NCBI GenBank assembly: GCA_951406725.2
Contig: OX597822.1
Coordinates: forward strand, 100,936,001 to 101,000,000
DNA from: Octopus vulgaris
Taxonomy: Eukaryota
Length of the DNA stretch: 64,000 nt
Direction of reading: 5' to 3'
Shown piece by piece: positions 1 to 14,329 of this stretch. Under the pieces are notes generated by a model, which worked only from the letters and a program-made list of their open reading frames with translations, had not been told where the DNA came from and did no database searches. Numbering within the stretch: position 1 is the first letter of the stretch; every line of letters begins with the position of its first letter. The position numbers and the translations under genes are program-made.

Positions 1-730
1 ATCTTGGCTGTACCATTTCATCAGATGCGAGTATCGACAAAGGAATTGACAACAGACTTGCAAAGGCAAACGAAGCATTTGGCAGACTGCACAAGCGTGT
101 GTGGAATAATAAGCATCTTAAGATCAGCACAAAAGTCAGAGCTACAGGGTCGTCGTCTTCACGGCCTTGAGTCCTGGGTCCCCTACTGCTATCATCTCAG
201 TGTCCTTGAACGTTTTTATCATCGCTGAGTTCGTACCATCCTCAACATCTACTGGAGAAATCACATCATCAACACTGAGGTCCCCAAGCGAGTAGAGGTC
301 ACCAGCCTGGAAGCCATTTTACTTGAGATATGACTACGTTGGGCAGGACACGTTGACAGAACGAAAGACCAGTAAGCTCACCACTGGCCACCGCTACGGG
401 GGCACCAAAGAAGCGTTACAAGGACTGCATGAAGCAGTTCCTTAGCGTTTGTGAGATTGATTATCGTGGTTGGTCCACTCTAACAGCTGACCGTGTTGCT
501 TGACGCTTTACCATCAGCGGTGCTGTTTCCTCCTTTGAGATCTCTCACAGTGCTTCTCTTAAAGACAAACTTTAGAAAGCGAAAAAATAATGCAGCTGCA
601 TCATCAGACCCTGGGCAACCATATCTCTGTCATCATTGCAATCGGATATGTCAATCCTACATCGGCCTTATCACCCACGAACGAGCATGCGGACGACGTG
701 GACAACAGCCTTCCTAATCTTCGTCAGCGT
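1..730 (+). mobile_element. Degraded 3' end of an RTE-clade LINE (ORF2 C-terminus)
   Basis: Frameshifted translation gives AFGRLHKRVWNNKHLKISTKV, LRWAGHV, RYGGT/KRYKD and a terminal CHHCNRICQSYIGLITHERAC zinc-finger-like motif, as is typical of RTE ORF2 ends. It has stops and frameshifts. Confidence 0.8.
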
Positions 731-841
731 ATATATATATAGTTAATCCAAACAAGAAAACACACAAAAAAACACACCAACGCGAGGACGTGGAACAAAT
801 AAGGTATTATTGGACGCTCAGGAAAGAAGGGAAGAAGGAGG

Positions 842-876
842 GTTTAACGTTTCGAGCGGAGCTCTTCGTCGGAAAC
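842..876 (-). ncRNA. Minimal hammerhead-like motif (variant core CCGACGA) in a short repeat following a TA tract
   Basis: Minus strand reads GTTT-CCGACGA-A-GAGC-TCC-GCTC-GAAAC-GTT-AAAC. Stem I is GTTT/AAAC, stem II is GAGC/GCTC and stem III is the palindromic ACGT. Confidence 0.5.
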
Positions 877-1104
877 ATAGGAGAAGGAAAGATCCCGAGA
901 AGGGAAGACAGAGGAAAAAAATCGCCAGCGATACTCACGAGGTCACATATTGAAAGACCGGAAGTAGAAAGGTAGAAGGATGTTTTTTAAGAACAGGAGA
1001 GTTTTCAAAGACAGTAGGTAGTATGTCAAAGACAAGGAAAGTGAGAGGGGGAATGTGTGTGGATGTGTGCGTACGTGGAGGTCTGCGTGTGCGCGCGTGT
1101 GTGT

Positions 1105-1123
1105 ATGTGTGCAATGATGACAC

Positions 1124-1187
<64 letters not shown>

Positions 1188-2128
1188 ATGTATGTAGGGC
1201 GAACAACTGGCTAGTAGCTGGCCAGTAGTAAGAATAAGGAGTGGTGTTTTTTGCGTCCAGCCACAGGTCAAAACAAAGAGGTATGTGTGTGTGCGTGTAT
1301 GTATATGTATCGTGTGTGTGTTTTGTTTGTAGTGTGTGTGTGTGTGTATGTGTGTGTTCGTGTGTGTATGCGTAGAGTTTGGGTGTGTGGAGAGTAACTG
1401 TGCTTAACTTAGTGTATGTGTGCGTGTGTGCTTGTACGTGCGTGTGTGCGTATATATATGTATGTATAATTATGTGCGTGTATGTATAATTGTGTGCCGT
1501 GTGTATGGGATGTATGTGTGGGTTCATTTGTGTGTGTGTGTGTGTGTGTATGTATGTGCGTGTAGTTGTGTGTGCGTATGTATGTGTGTGTGTCTGTGCT
1601 TATATGTGTGTACGTATGTGTATGTGTGCGTGCGCGTGTAGGTATATATTGTGTGTATGCATATGTGTCGGTGTGTATGTGAATTTGTGTGTGTTTGTAC
1701 GTGTGTATGTGTGTGTGCGTGTATTGTATATATATATGTAAATGTGTGTGTGTGTGTGTGTGCGTGTGTATGTACGTGCGTGCGAGTGAATGTATGTATA
1801 TATGTGCGTGTGTGTACAAATGTAGAGGTTTATATGTGTGTTTATATGTTTTTATGTGTGTATATATATGTATGCAAGCACACACTTTATAATTGAAAGA
1901 TTGATGGAAAAAAGAAATTGGTGTGGGTGTATGTGAATCCACAGGCACACACACACACACTGACGCACATACACATATACATACATGCTTGTATATTATC
2001 CTTTAACGTCCGGCTGGCATGGGTTGGACGGTTTGTCAAGGGCTGGTAAGCCAGAGAACCTGATATGTATGTATGCATGTATGTATGATGCATGTGTGTG
2101 TGTGTATTTATGTATGTACACACACACT

Positions 2129-2192
<64 letters not shown>
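1105..2192. repeat. Compound (TG)n/(TATG)n/(TA)n microsatellite region
   Basis: Directly visible simple repeats. Confidence 0.95.
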
Positions 2193-2195
<3 letters not shown>

Positions 2196-2329
2196 ATAAT
2201 AAAGGGTAAAATTAATTAATTAATAATGAATAATTTTACCAAGTAGTTTGGTATGTTAAAAGAACCATTATTGGTACACTTATACATAAAATTTTATAAT
2301 TTGCTGAATCCTAATAATAATTATACTCG

Positions 2330-2401
<72 letters not shown>

Positions 2402-2423
2402 CATGCAAGCTTGTATATCATCA

Positions 2424-2790
2424 TTTAACGTCCGTCTGGCATGGGTTGGACGGTTTGTCAAGAGCTGGTAAGCCAGAGAACCATACCACGCTCAATTGTC
2501 TGTTTTGCCATGGTTTCTACGGCTGAATGCCCTTCCTAACGTCAACCGCTATACGGAGTGGACTGGGTGCTTTTTACGTGACACCAGTATTTGTGCTTTT
2601 TACGAGGCACCGACACCGGTGGTATCGTTGAGTGGCTTGCGAGACGAACGCTGCTCAGCTGGGAAAGGGAATGGAACCGGAGGAAGGGCTTTGTGTCAGG
2701 TAAGACGTTAGAGTATACTTTATGGATAGAAACAGGTGTCTTATTAAAGAGGAGATAATTGGCTACTCCTGTAGGAAAAGGGAGGAGAGG
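2424..2790 (-). mobile_element. SINE-like interspersed repeat (MetaSINE-like central domain); related copies at about 2002-2060, 13735-13925 and 44694-44900
   Basis: Shared tttaacgtcc...gcatgggttggacggtt end and the GGAAGGGCAT.CAGC.GTAGAAAC motif across copies. Confidence 0.55.
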
Positions 2791-3238
2791 AAAGAGAGAC
2801 AAAGTTAGAGAAAAAAGATAGAGAGACAGTCAGATTGGGAAAGAAGGAGAGAGATAGATAGAGAGAGAAAGAGAGATAGAGAGAGAGAAAGCGAAAAAGT
2901 GAGAGAGAGAAATAGATGGTGCTGGAGTTGCATTAGGACCTACCCACAGGTATCAGTGGGGGTATATAAGTGGTACGGAGGGGATAGAAGGCGGATGTTC
3001 CATAAAAGCGTGAAGGGAGATGTTTAAAGATGGGGAAGAGGCGACTGCAGCAAATAATGGTGAGAAAAATTGGAGTGGCTTGTAGGGGTATGGTAGATAT
3101 ATGAGGGCATGCAGAGTGTGCGGATAGGGACTCTCCATGGCCTCACATACCTATTATACCCCCTACCAGTCACGCCAGTTTTTCTCACCACCACTTGCTA
3201 TAGTCATTTCTTCCCCATTTATACATTTACATATGCAA

Positions 3239-3569
<331 letters not shown>

Positions 3570-5577
3570 CTATATAGGAGATATATACATGAATATGTAT
3601 ACATTCATACACATATATATATATTCTAACATTACACAACAGTAAACTGTTACACACAAAGAGTGATCTCACTGATATTATAGTGGCTGATATCGTGGCT
3701 GATATTATAGTGGCAAACTTAACTGGCCTCATATAAGCTGATATTAATCTGGCCGACATACTGGTGAAAGTAATAAATTACTAGTTTTGTTCAATATTTA
3801 CAGAGACACGAATCGATTCACTAAAGAATCTCCATGAAGCTGTGTTGGGATAAAAGGCTTCCATCATTGACATTAGCTCTGCTGCTATTACGATATCGCC
3901 ACAGTTGATTGACGGTTCTAAAACATTGTCGTGTATATTCACTTTGGAAATTCGTTTATACAGTTTTTAAATGTTACAGGGACTTGTAGAAACCTTTGAG
4001 TGAAAGATAAAGGAAATATTTCTAATTTATTAGAGGCGCATTCAGCAGCGCTGAATGAATTATAGGTGTAGAACAAAATCCTTATAGACAATATGCGTGA
4101 TAAATACATAATTGGGTCTTGAATGACTCCATGGACCCGTATAGCGCATGTGTTTCTATATCTTCTGCTTAGTGCTCCTCTAATTTATTAATTTATGCCA
4201 TTTACTGTTCATGTGTCAGAACAATTTCTTAGTGGTTATGAACGATGGCTCGCTGTCCTCACCTGACGACACGCAACGACACAGAAATGCATGCGTCCAA
4301 AGTTCCGATGACGTAATTCATTGCCCAGTGGTGTTCCATCCACACATATCAATAAAGAATATCTTTAGTGACAGTTTCTGCAGCCTATGTCCCTTCATAA
4401 TCGAGTGTACACGAACATGTTAAATATGATTGTACATACATATGAAATATTTTAAAATTGAATAAAAATCTTCAAGTTAATCATTATTTGTACTGTAATT
4501 ATCTACTGTTATTAACAAAAAATATATTGGTTTATGTATTACAATGAATGGATACTGAATTTAAATCGGTCAAAATTTGAAGCGTGTAAATATAATATTT
4601 GTAACGGACGGATAGGTCTTTGATGGATATAAGCAATGCTCTTGAGATATGTCAAGCGATGACCTTCTTGATGAACAAACTTTTAGCGTGAATATCTACT
4701 GGAAGGTATGTTCAGAATTAAAGTGGTGCAGAGTCGAGCATTTAGAATGCTAAACAACTTCAGTGAGTTGTGACATAAAGAGAATAGGCGGATCAAAGCA
4801 GACTTGATAGCTAGGAGAATGAATTAATAACAAGAGATGTTTACTCAGTTAATTAATATTGATTCCCAGCATTGGCATAAAGCCATAGAGCTTCGGAAGA
4901 ATGTATATTCGATTAAGGTCGAGCCTAATTCTTAACTCCATAAGGATGAAAGCAAAATCTATCTTGGAAAGGATACTAGAATCTATTAGATACCGATACT
5001 TGATTGTTATTTTATTTTATCGATCTCGGAATGTGAAAGCAAAGTTGACCTCTACGGAATTTAAGCTCTAAACGTAAAGGAGGAGAATTAGATATGAATA
5101 TTGATGATTAACATTGGCCCATACTGCATTTCTTTTAGGGAGCAAGGAGAAGGAAGTCTTTTAAATAAACTCCCTTACATGAGTGACGTTTTATTTTATC
5201 GCTCTCGGAAGGATGAAAGCAAAGTTGACCTCTGTGGGACTGGATTTGATCTGTGGATGTAAATGGCCTTAACTAAGTATGAATATTGATATTTAACGTT
5301 CGGCAATATTGCATATTTTTGATCAAGGAGAAAGGAAAATTGAATCTTTTAAACAAACACCAATATTTCATTGGGATTTGTTTAATAATAGATGAAATTA
5401 TGTGAGAGTAATTTTATGTTATTGTCCTTAGAATAATAAAAAAAAAATCGTTGAAACCTGCATGATTCGAACATAGACTGCAAAGGGTCCGTAGCTATAT
5501 AAATATCAATAAAAACTAATATCAGGGCTAACATTTTTGTAAAAGAAGGAAGGTTTCCAGCACACAACTGATCAGAT

Positions 5578-5788
5578 TACTCTTTTACTCTTTTACTTGT
5601 TTCAGTCATTTGACTGCGGCCATGCTGGAGCACCGCCTTTAGTCGAGCAAATCGACCCCGGGACTTATTCTTTGTAAGCCCAGTACTTATTCTATCGGTC
5701 TCTTTTGCCGAACCGCTAAGTGACGGGGACGTAAACACACCAGCATCGGTTGTCAAGCAATGCTAGGGAGACAGATGCACAAACACAT

Positions 5789-5869
<81 letters not shown>

Positions 5870-6036
5870 TACGACAGTCTTCTTTCAGTTTCCGTCTACC
5901 AAATCCACTCACAAGGCATTGGTCGGCCCGGGGCTATAGCAGAAGACCCTTGCCCAAGATGCTACACAGTGGGACTGAACCCAGAACCATGTGGTTGGTT
6001 AGCAAGCTACTTACCACACGGCCACTCCTGCGCCTA
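5578..6036 (-). mobile_element. SINE family A (tRNA-derived head, CORE-like TTGGGCAAGT box, internal TA/TG microsatellite, GTAAAAGA tail)
   Basis: Near-identical to many other copies in the window, with A/B-box-like TGGCTGTGTGG and GGTTCAGTCCC. Confidence 0.9.
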
Positions 6037-6174
6037 TAACTTAAAAAATAATTAAGTCAATATTAGATCTACTGTGAAAAACAGAGGTAGGAAATTAAAT
6101 ATAATTTCTAATTTTTATTTAATGATAGCCGATATAAATGTTAGTTGGTTGATTTCTTCAGTCACACCTTAAAC

Positions 6175-6230
<56 letters not shown>

Positions 6231-6764
6231 GAGAGTAAAAGAAAAATACAGAGTGAGTTAACATAAGAGGTTCACGTTCAGTGCTCATACTAGGTTTGGT
6301 ATCATGCAATGAGTAAAATAACACTAGACACTCAAACACACAGCAACAAAGGGAGTATTATAGAAATATGAGAGGTAAAAAAAGAGAGAGTAAATGACAG
6401 ATTATATAAGGGAGGAGTTATGCAAATGAGAAATATGGAGATGTTCTCCGTAAACAAAATACACCAGCGATTAACATTTAGGCGGTGCTCCAGCATGGCC
6501 GCAGTCAAATGACTGAAACAAGCAAAAAAATAAAAGTATATGTGCATCATTGTTTTATTTTATTTAATATTATTTTTAGGTAATAAATATATTTCTCTTG
6601 AAAATTAGCATTTATTCCATCATTTTATAATTAGCGCCAAGAAAGTTGAATCATAATTACTCGACGCATGCCATATTTGCTGATATTACTCATGGCGGTA
6701 AAATTATATTTCCAAAGTTACTTGTCAAATGAAGGGTAACATCTTAGTATTATATAAATCACGT

Positions 6765-7327
6765 CGTATTTCTTCTGTCGTTACGTTCCGAGTTCAAATT
6801 CTGCCGAGGTCGACTTTGCCTTTCATTCTTTCGGGGTCGATAAATTAAGTACCAGTTACGCACTGGGGGGTCGATGTAATTGACTTAATCCCTTTGTCTG
6901 TCCTTATTTGTCCCCTCTGTGTTTAGCCCCTTCTGGGTAGTAAAGAAATAGGTATTTCGTCTGTCGTTACGTTCCGAGTTCAAATTCCGCCGAGGTCGAC
7001 TTTGCCTTTCATTCTTTCGGGGTCGATCAATTAAGTACCAGTTACGCACTGGGGGTCGATGTAATTGACTTAATCCCTTTGTCTGTCCTTGTTTGTCCCC
7101 TCTGTGTTTAGCCCCTTCTGGGTAGTAAAGAAATAGGTATTTCGTCTGTCGTTACGTTCCGAGTTCAAATTCCGCCGAGGTCGACTTTGCCTTTCATTCT
7201 TTCGGGGTCGATAAATTACGTACCAGTTACGCACTGGGGGTCGATGTAATTGACTTAATCCCTTTGTCTGTCCTTGTTTGTCCCGTCTGTGTTTAGCCCC
7301 TTGTGGGTAGTAAAGAAATAGAAATAA
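6765..7327 (+). mobile_element. SINE family C body as three tandem ~185-bp units with a 16-bp TSD
   Basis: Units start at about 6766, 6952 and 7137. ATTATATAAATCACGT occurs at 6749-6764 and 7328-7343. Confidence 0.9.
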
Positions 7328-7555
7328 ATTATATAAATCACGTGCAACATCACAGAATGGCATCAGATAATGTAGTTTCTGAGTTTCTGATCACAAAGTG
7401 TAGAATGTGCTGTGCAGCAGAGTGGTTGCCGGTTCAATTCCGATGCGCGGAACCTTGCACACGTGTGGTAGTGCCTTCTACTATATTTCACAATGACCAA
7501 TGCCACATGAATGGAATTTGATAGAAGAAAACTATAAGGAAGTCCGTCATATGCG

Positions 7556-7620
<65 letters not shown>

Positions 7621-7729
7621 GCACACGCACACACATGTATATGTATACATAGCTATCCTAAGGTGTTTGACAAAGGTTCTTTCAATGGTAATTCCTTTTC
7701 AAAATCCATTGTGTTGTGTTATTATACTA

Positions 7730-7810
7730 CTACATAACAACAGCGGACCAATATCATATATTGGATTAACTGACAATAAATTCAAGAGTCGTTTTTATAA
7801 ACACACCAAA
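7730..7810 (+). pseudogene. Relic of a Penelope-type GIY-YIG endonuclease
   Basis: Translation NNSGPISYIGLTDNKFKSRFYKHTK matches the YIGxTxxxFKxRxxxH motif of Penelope-like element (PLE) endonucleases. Confidence 0.6.
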
Positions 7811-7992
7811 AAACAATTGTATTATATCCCTTCGTTTATCGTTAACCAGTCAATATTTGCCATGACCTTCAAACATATCCATTGTGTGCCAGTTAAATGT
7901 CATTTTTTAAATTTCATTTTTATTGTCATCCAAAGACTGGAAAAGACAATCTTGGAGTAGCGATTTGTGAAACTTTGGTTTTCAATAAAACA

Positions 7993-8380
7993 GTGGAGGC
8001 GCAATGGCCCAGTGGTTAGGGCAGCGGACTCGCGGTCATAGGATCGCGGTTTCGATTCCCAGACCGGGCGTTGTGAGTGTTTATTGAACGAAAACACCTA
8101 AAGCTCCACGAGGCTCCGGCAGGGGATGGTGGTGATCCCTGCTGTACTCTTTCACCACAACTTTCTCTCACTCTTACTTCCTGTTTCTGTTGTACCTGTA
8201 TTTCAAAGGGCCGGCCTTGTCACTCTCTGTGTCACGCTGGATATCCGAGAGAACTACGTTAAGGGTACACGTGTCTGTGGAGTGCTCAGCCACTTACACG
8301 TTAATTTCACGAGCAGGCTGTTCCGTTGATTCGAATCAACCGGAACCCTCGTCGTCGTAACCGACGGAGTGCTTCCACCG
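7993..8380 (+). mobile_element. SINE family B (tRNA-like head GGAGGCGCAATGGCCCAGTGG...GGTTTCGATTCCC), full length
   Basis: Pol III A/B boxes; TSD TTTCAATAAAACA at 7980-7992 and 8381-8393. Confidence 0.92.
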
Positions 8381-8803
8381 TTTCAATAAAACATATTACA
8401 TAACACAACTTCAACAATTGAGTTCCCTCTTTTCTCTCGTTCACATTTAAGTAGTTAAAGTCCACCACGGACATAGAGTCACGTAAAGAAATAGTATGTG
8501 TTCATCTCCTGAATTATTATCAGTTTGGCAGTCATCAGCAAATAATGTGTTTGCTGATTTTTGTAAACAAGAGCCAGCCCTTTGGAGTAATTTTAGCTAA
8601 GGAGACATACAATAAGGCCGAAACAACGCGGTGTAGCAAAGTCTCTTTACATCAACGGATTGTATGTATTATAGACATGTATTGCCTTTTATATGTTTTA
8701 GATGTTCCCCAATGACGAAATACAAGATCGATCAACGTATTTACGTTCGAATCTGCGAGAAAGTATTGAGAATGAACTAGATACGTTATTGTTACAGAGA
8801 TAA

Positions 8804-9137
8804 TACGACCACACTTGGAATTCGCATCATCAGTTTGGAACCCCCTACGACCACACTTGGAATTCGCATCATCAGTTTGGAACCCCCTACGACCATACTT
8901 GGAATTCGCATCATCAGTTTGGAACCCCTACGACCACACTTGGAATTCGCATCATCAGTTTGGAACCCCCTACGACCACACTTGGAATTCGCATCATCAG
9001 TTTGGAACCCCCTACGACCACACTTGGAATTCGCATCATCAGTTTGGAACCCCCTACGACCACACTTGAAATTCGCATCATCAGTTTGGAACCCCCTACG
9101 ACCACACTTGGAATTCGCATCATCAGTTTGGAACCCT
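8804..9137 (+). repeat. Eight tandem 42-bp copies of the 5' end of a truncated LINE (RPHLEFASSVWNPL)
   Basis: Units start at 8804, 8846, 8888, 8929, 8971, 9013, 9055 and 9097. Confidence 0.95.
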
Positions 9138-9604
9138 TATCTTGCTCAGAACATTGACCTCCTGGAATCTGTCCAGAGACGTGCAACCAAACGCATACCC
9201 TCCATCAGACACCTACCATATTCTGAGCGCCTTGTTTCCCTGGGCATGGATTCACTGAAGCTCCGGCGTCTGGCGACGGACTTGGTAAACACCCACAAAG
9301 TTATCAACCACCTCACCAACAACAACACTGAACACCTTTTTGATCTCCATGTGTCTAACACACGTGGACATGCCTACAAAGTCAGAAAACAACACAGCTC
9401 CCATGACTTTCGGAAACATTTTTTCACGCTCAGAGTTGCTGAAGCATGGAATAAACTGCCTGCGTCAGTTGTTGACTGCCATGACACTGCATCCTTTAAG
9501 GCCCTCATGCTTTCCGAAATCCGCCGAAACTACACCTGATTATATATACACTTTAGATGAGTTGTAGTGCACTTGAGCACTGTACACAATTATTATTATT
9601 ATTA
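9097..9604 (+). mobile_element. 3' fragment of a CR1-group LINE ORF2 with (ATT)n tail
   Basis: RPHLEFASSVWNPY...LESVQRRATK...YSERL...TRGH..K...RKHFFTLRVAEAWNKLP is the standard CR1-group C-terminus. Confidence 0.9.
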
Positions 9605-9733
9605 TGATATTTCGTTAGAAAGTTATTCTATCTTGATGGAAAGGTGTAGCGAGCGATAGAGATAGATAAATAGAAAGAGTGAAATAGAGAAGGAGAGAGT
9701 GAAAGGATGTAAACGAGGGAAACAGAAAACGAT

Positions 9734-9773
<40 letters not shown>

Positions 9774-10094
9774 GAGAAAGAAAGATAAAGAAAGAAAAGT
9801 GAGAGATAGATAGATAGACTGAAAGACTGAAAGAGATAGAGACTGTTGTTTAGGAGGCAAACTTACAAGAACAGGATCAATTAATGGGAACAAAAGAGAG
9901 TTAATGGGAGAAAAAAAGGAAGTAGTGAAAATAAAGGAAGTTAATGAGAAAGAAAAAAGAAAAAAAAAGTGTGCAAAATGGGCAAAAAACATCGCAGAGA
10001 AAGGAACTAAAAATTCTTTAAAATATTTCAAACTGAAATTTATATTTAGATTTGTTGAAAACGAACAGATTTTATTTTTTATTTCGTATGCTTA

Positions 10095-10570
<476 letters not shown>

Positions 10571-11139
10571 TAAAATTTTTTTTATTTTCACTGGAGAGGT
10601 GGAAAACCGACATTTTGAAAATTAGGTTAAGAAATGGGAAACTTTAAAAGGTTTACGTACTATAACAAATACATGCGCACATTCGCATACAATATATATG
10701 CACAGGCGAACACAAACACATACGCCCGCGCAAATACACACACGCACACAGATACACAAATACACACACGCAGGCACGCACATACAGACACACACACACA
10801 GACACACGCGTGCGTGTGCTCTTTCGCTCTCTCTTGTTGCCACAAATGCACACACACACACACACAAACATAGACACACAAAGACACACGTTTTCGCTCT
10901 CATAGATGCAAACACACTCAAACATACACACCAACACACACACACATACATACACGCACACAGACACATGCTCACTCCCACGCACGCGCACACACTCGTA
11001 AGCAATCGCGCCAATACGCGCACTCACTTGCACACTACATACACGCATAGACGCATGCACACACGCATATACACACACACTATCGTTCTTACAAATGCAA
11101 ATACTATAAAACACGCACGCTTTCTTCTTATCTCAAAAG

Positions 11140-11184
11140 CAATCACACTCAAGCACACACACACACACACACTCACGCACACAC

Positions 11185-11235
<51 letters not shown>

Positions 11236-11630
11236 CAGGCGCACACGCACACACACACATGCACACATACGCACGCACACACACACACACACTCAAACAC
11301 ACACACACTCACACACACACACACGCGCACACACGCACACACGCACACACACTAACACACACACACACTAACACACACACTCACTAACACACACACTAAA
11401 ACACACACACACTAAAACACACACACACTAACACACACACACTAACACACACACACTAACACACACACACTAACACACACACACTAACACACACACTAAC
11501 ACACAGACACTAACACAGACACTAACACAGACACTAACACACGCACTAACACACACACACACTAACACACACACTAACAAACACACACTAACACACACAC
11601 ACTAACACACACACACTAACACACACACAC
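11140..11630. repeat. (CA)n and (CACACACTAA)n arrays
   Basis: Directly visible. Confidence 0.95.
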
Positions 11631-11850
11631 AATCTTACACGCTCACTCACACAGACAACACCTAAACATGATCTTTGTCATTCTCACAAATGCAAACATT
11701 CGAACACACACAGGCACGCACATACGGACAAATACACAAGCAGTCAAACGCATACACACTCATACGCACGTACATACAATATACACACACTGGTAAACGT
11801 ACACACACTGGTATACATACACACACACGCAGGCAACGAAAATTTACACT

Positions 11851-12250
11851 CGTAGGAATTGCTGTGTGGTAAGTAGCTTGCTTACGAACCACATGGTTCC
11901 AGGTTCAGTCCCACTGCGTGGCAACTTGGGCAAGTGTCTTCTACTATAGCCTCGGGCCGACTAAAGCCTTGTGAGTGGATTTGGTAGACGGAAACTGAAA
12001 GAAGCCCGTCGTATACATGTATACGTGTACGTGAGTGTGTATATGTTTGTGTGTCTATGTTGTCCTCCCAACATCGCTTGACAACCGATGCTTGTGTGTT
12101 TACGTCCCCATAACTTAGCGGTTCGGCAAAATAGACCGATAGAATAAGTACTAGGCTAACAAAGAATAAGTTCCGGGGTCGATTTGCTCGACTAAAGACG
12201 GTGCTCCAGCATGGCCACAGTCAAATGACTGAAACAAGTAAAAAAAAGAG
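11851..12250 (+). mobile_element. SINE family A
   Basis: Homologous to 5578-6036 in the opposite orientation. Confidence 0.9.
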
Positions 12251-12917
12251 TATATATTTAACTGGTCACACACGCACACACACATCCAGTTAATTCACAT
12301 GCGCACAATTGAAGCGCTTAGCACACATACACACACACATACACACAGACGCACACACACACACACTGGAAAAAGGCAGTTACACAACTGAACAGAGATC
12401 AAATCAAACATATAGGCGTACGAATCGAATAAACCCAGCCACACCCCAACACGCACACGCACAAACACATACACTTACACACACTTACACTCACACTTAT
12501 ACACTTACACACACGCATGCGTGTACATACAGTCACTCACATACAGGAAAAATACATTCACGCAACCGATCATTATATACGAATCTCATCGAACACATAC
12601 CGATCGAAGAAACCCAGGTATACTACCACACCCCTGCTCACGCACGCACACTCAGACACAGACATGCACACACACACACACATACACACACACACGCATA
12701 CACACAAAGTTCAGGTAGAACACGAGCCAACAGAGTTGCTAGATTTGCTAGAAATAGCAGCCAGATCTTTCCCAAACCATATTATTCTCCTACAGTGGCC
12801 CAGCAACAAAATTTGCTAAGGGGGTGCAAACCCAGGTCCTAATTATTTTATGAAAAATGTGGATTTTTCCAATGTTAACATTAAAACAAATGCAGGTATA
12901 ATAATAATTTTTATTAT

Positions 12918-13400
12918 TATGAGGGTCAGCTGAAATGTTCATAATCTGAGCAAGACACTCTCAATGGAATGTGACCAAATGAAGTTCATTTTCTAGCATA
13001 GTTCCTCTTACTGTCCACACACTTCCATAAATAGTTGCAGTGCTTGGGTCGCACTGGTGAAGAAGCTTTTCTGTTGATCAAAATGGTCATCAACAACAGA
13101 TAAGATGTTCTCATTATATTGATACTGGTGCTCAGCTGAGTGTTTTTCTATGTTGCGAAACAGATGGTAAACAGAAGGAACCAAATCACATAGGGAGTAT
13201 GACCAACCAGTTCAAAGCCAGTCACATACAGCAGCCATTGAAACCAAGGACTTGTGTGCTGAAGCATTGTCCTAATGAAACAAGACCCCATTCATCAGTT
13301 TTTCTGGGTGTTTGATCTTGATAGCCTTTCATAACTGCCTTAGGAAGTTGGTACTGAAATTTTCCATTGATGGTGTGATCATTTTGAAGATAGCCAATAA
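12918..13400 (-). mobile_element. Degraded mariner-like element end
   Basis: TA-TGAGGG terminus; the minus strand encodes a KCVDSKRNYA-like mariner C-terminus. Confidence 0.45.
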
Positions 13401-14329
13401 ACACAATATTTTTTGCATTAATGCATAATATATATATATAATAATGTGAAGTATATTTTGCATATTAAAATGTTCAATTTTGGAAATGTATTAAGCAGAG
13501 CTAAAATAAGCAGTAAAAATACAAATTGCAAGTATTTCGAACTGTTGGACAATACATGACAAAAACTAACAAAAAAAAAGGAAGAAAATTGTGGTGCTTG
13601 TGTTCTACAGGTACAATGAGAAGGCTCAGGAGAAGGATAGAGAGATGGGGTAGAGGAAAGGAAGTTAGAAGGAAAGAAAAGAATGAACAGTGAAAAGATA
13701 AACTGGGGATCTGAAATGAGTACTAGGTAGGAAATTGGCCCCTGTGCCGGTGGCACGTAAAAACAGCACCCACTACACTCTCAGAGTGGTTGGCATTAGG
13801 AAGGGCATCAAGCTGTAGAAACACTGCCAAATCAGACTGGAGACTGGTGCAGCCTTCTGGCTTCCCAGGCCCCAGTCGAACCGTTCAACCTATTCCAGCA
13901 TGGAAAATGGACATTAAACGATGATGTCTTATCTATGCACTGGTCAAGTAGAAAAACGGTGAGTGATAAAAAATTGGATTGTCTTTTGGTACCAAAAAAA
14001 AGTGAAGAAAGAGAGTAGAAAAGGTTAGAGAAAAGCAAGTAGGAAGAAAGAGAGAGTGCAGAGAAATAAGGGAATAAAGATAGACAGTAGGTAGTTGACA
14101 GAGATGGACAGAGGAAGAAATGGAAGGCAGTAAAGAGAGAAAAGCAGCAGGTAGATAGAGGGGAGAGGAGAAGGACAGAGAAATAGATAGAAAAGAGAGA
14201 CAGTCTTGCACCAAATATTGAACACTGTGTGGGGTACCACTGAGTGGGAACAGAAGTGAGTGTGTGACATTACATTGACAAACAGCCATAAAATGTTGCA
14301 CAGAAAGTCAACACACACACATATATAAT

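Noticed and set aside
4264-4300. CTGACGA...GAAATGCATGCGTC
   Set aside because: Stem I and stem II cannot pair.
7993-8070. tRNA genes at SINE heads (also 36018 and 39969)
   Set aside because: They run into SINE bodies with TSDs and show no complete cloverleaf or terminator.
8804-9137. CRISPR-like regular repeats
   Set aside because: There are no unique spacers; the unit is LINE coding sequence in a eukaryotic context.
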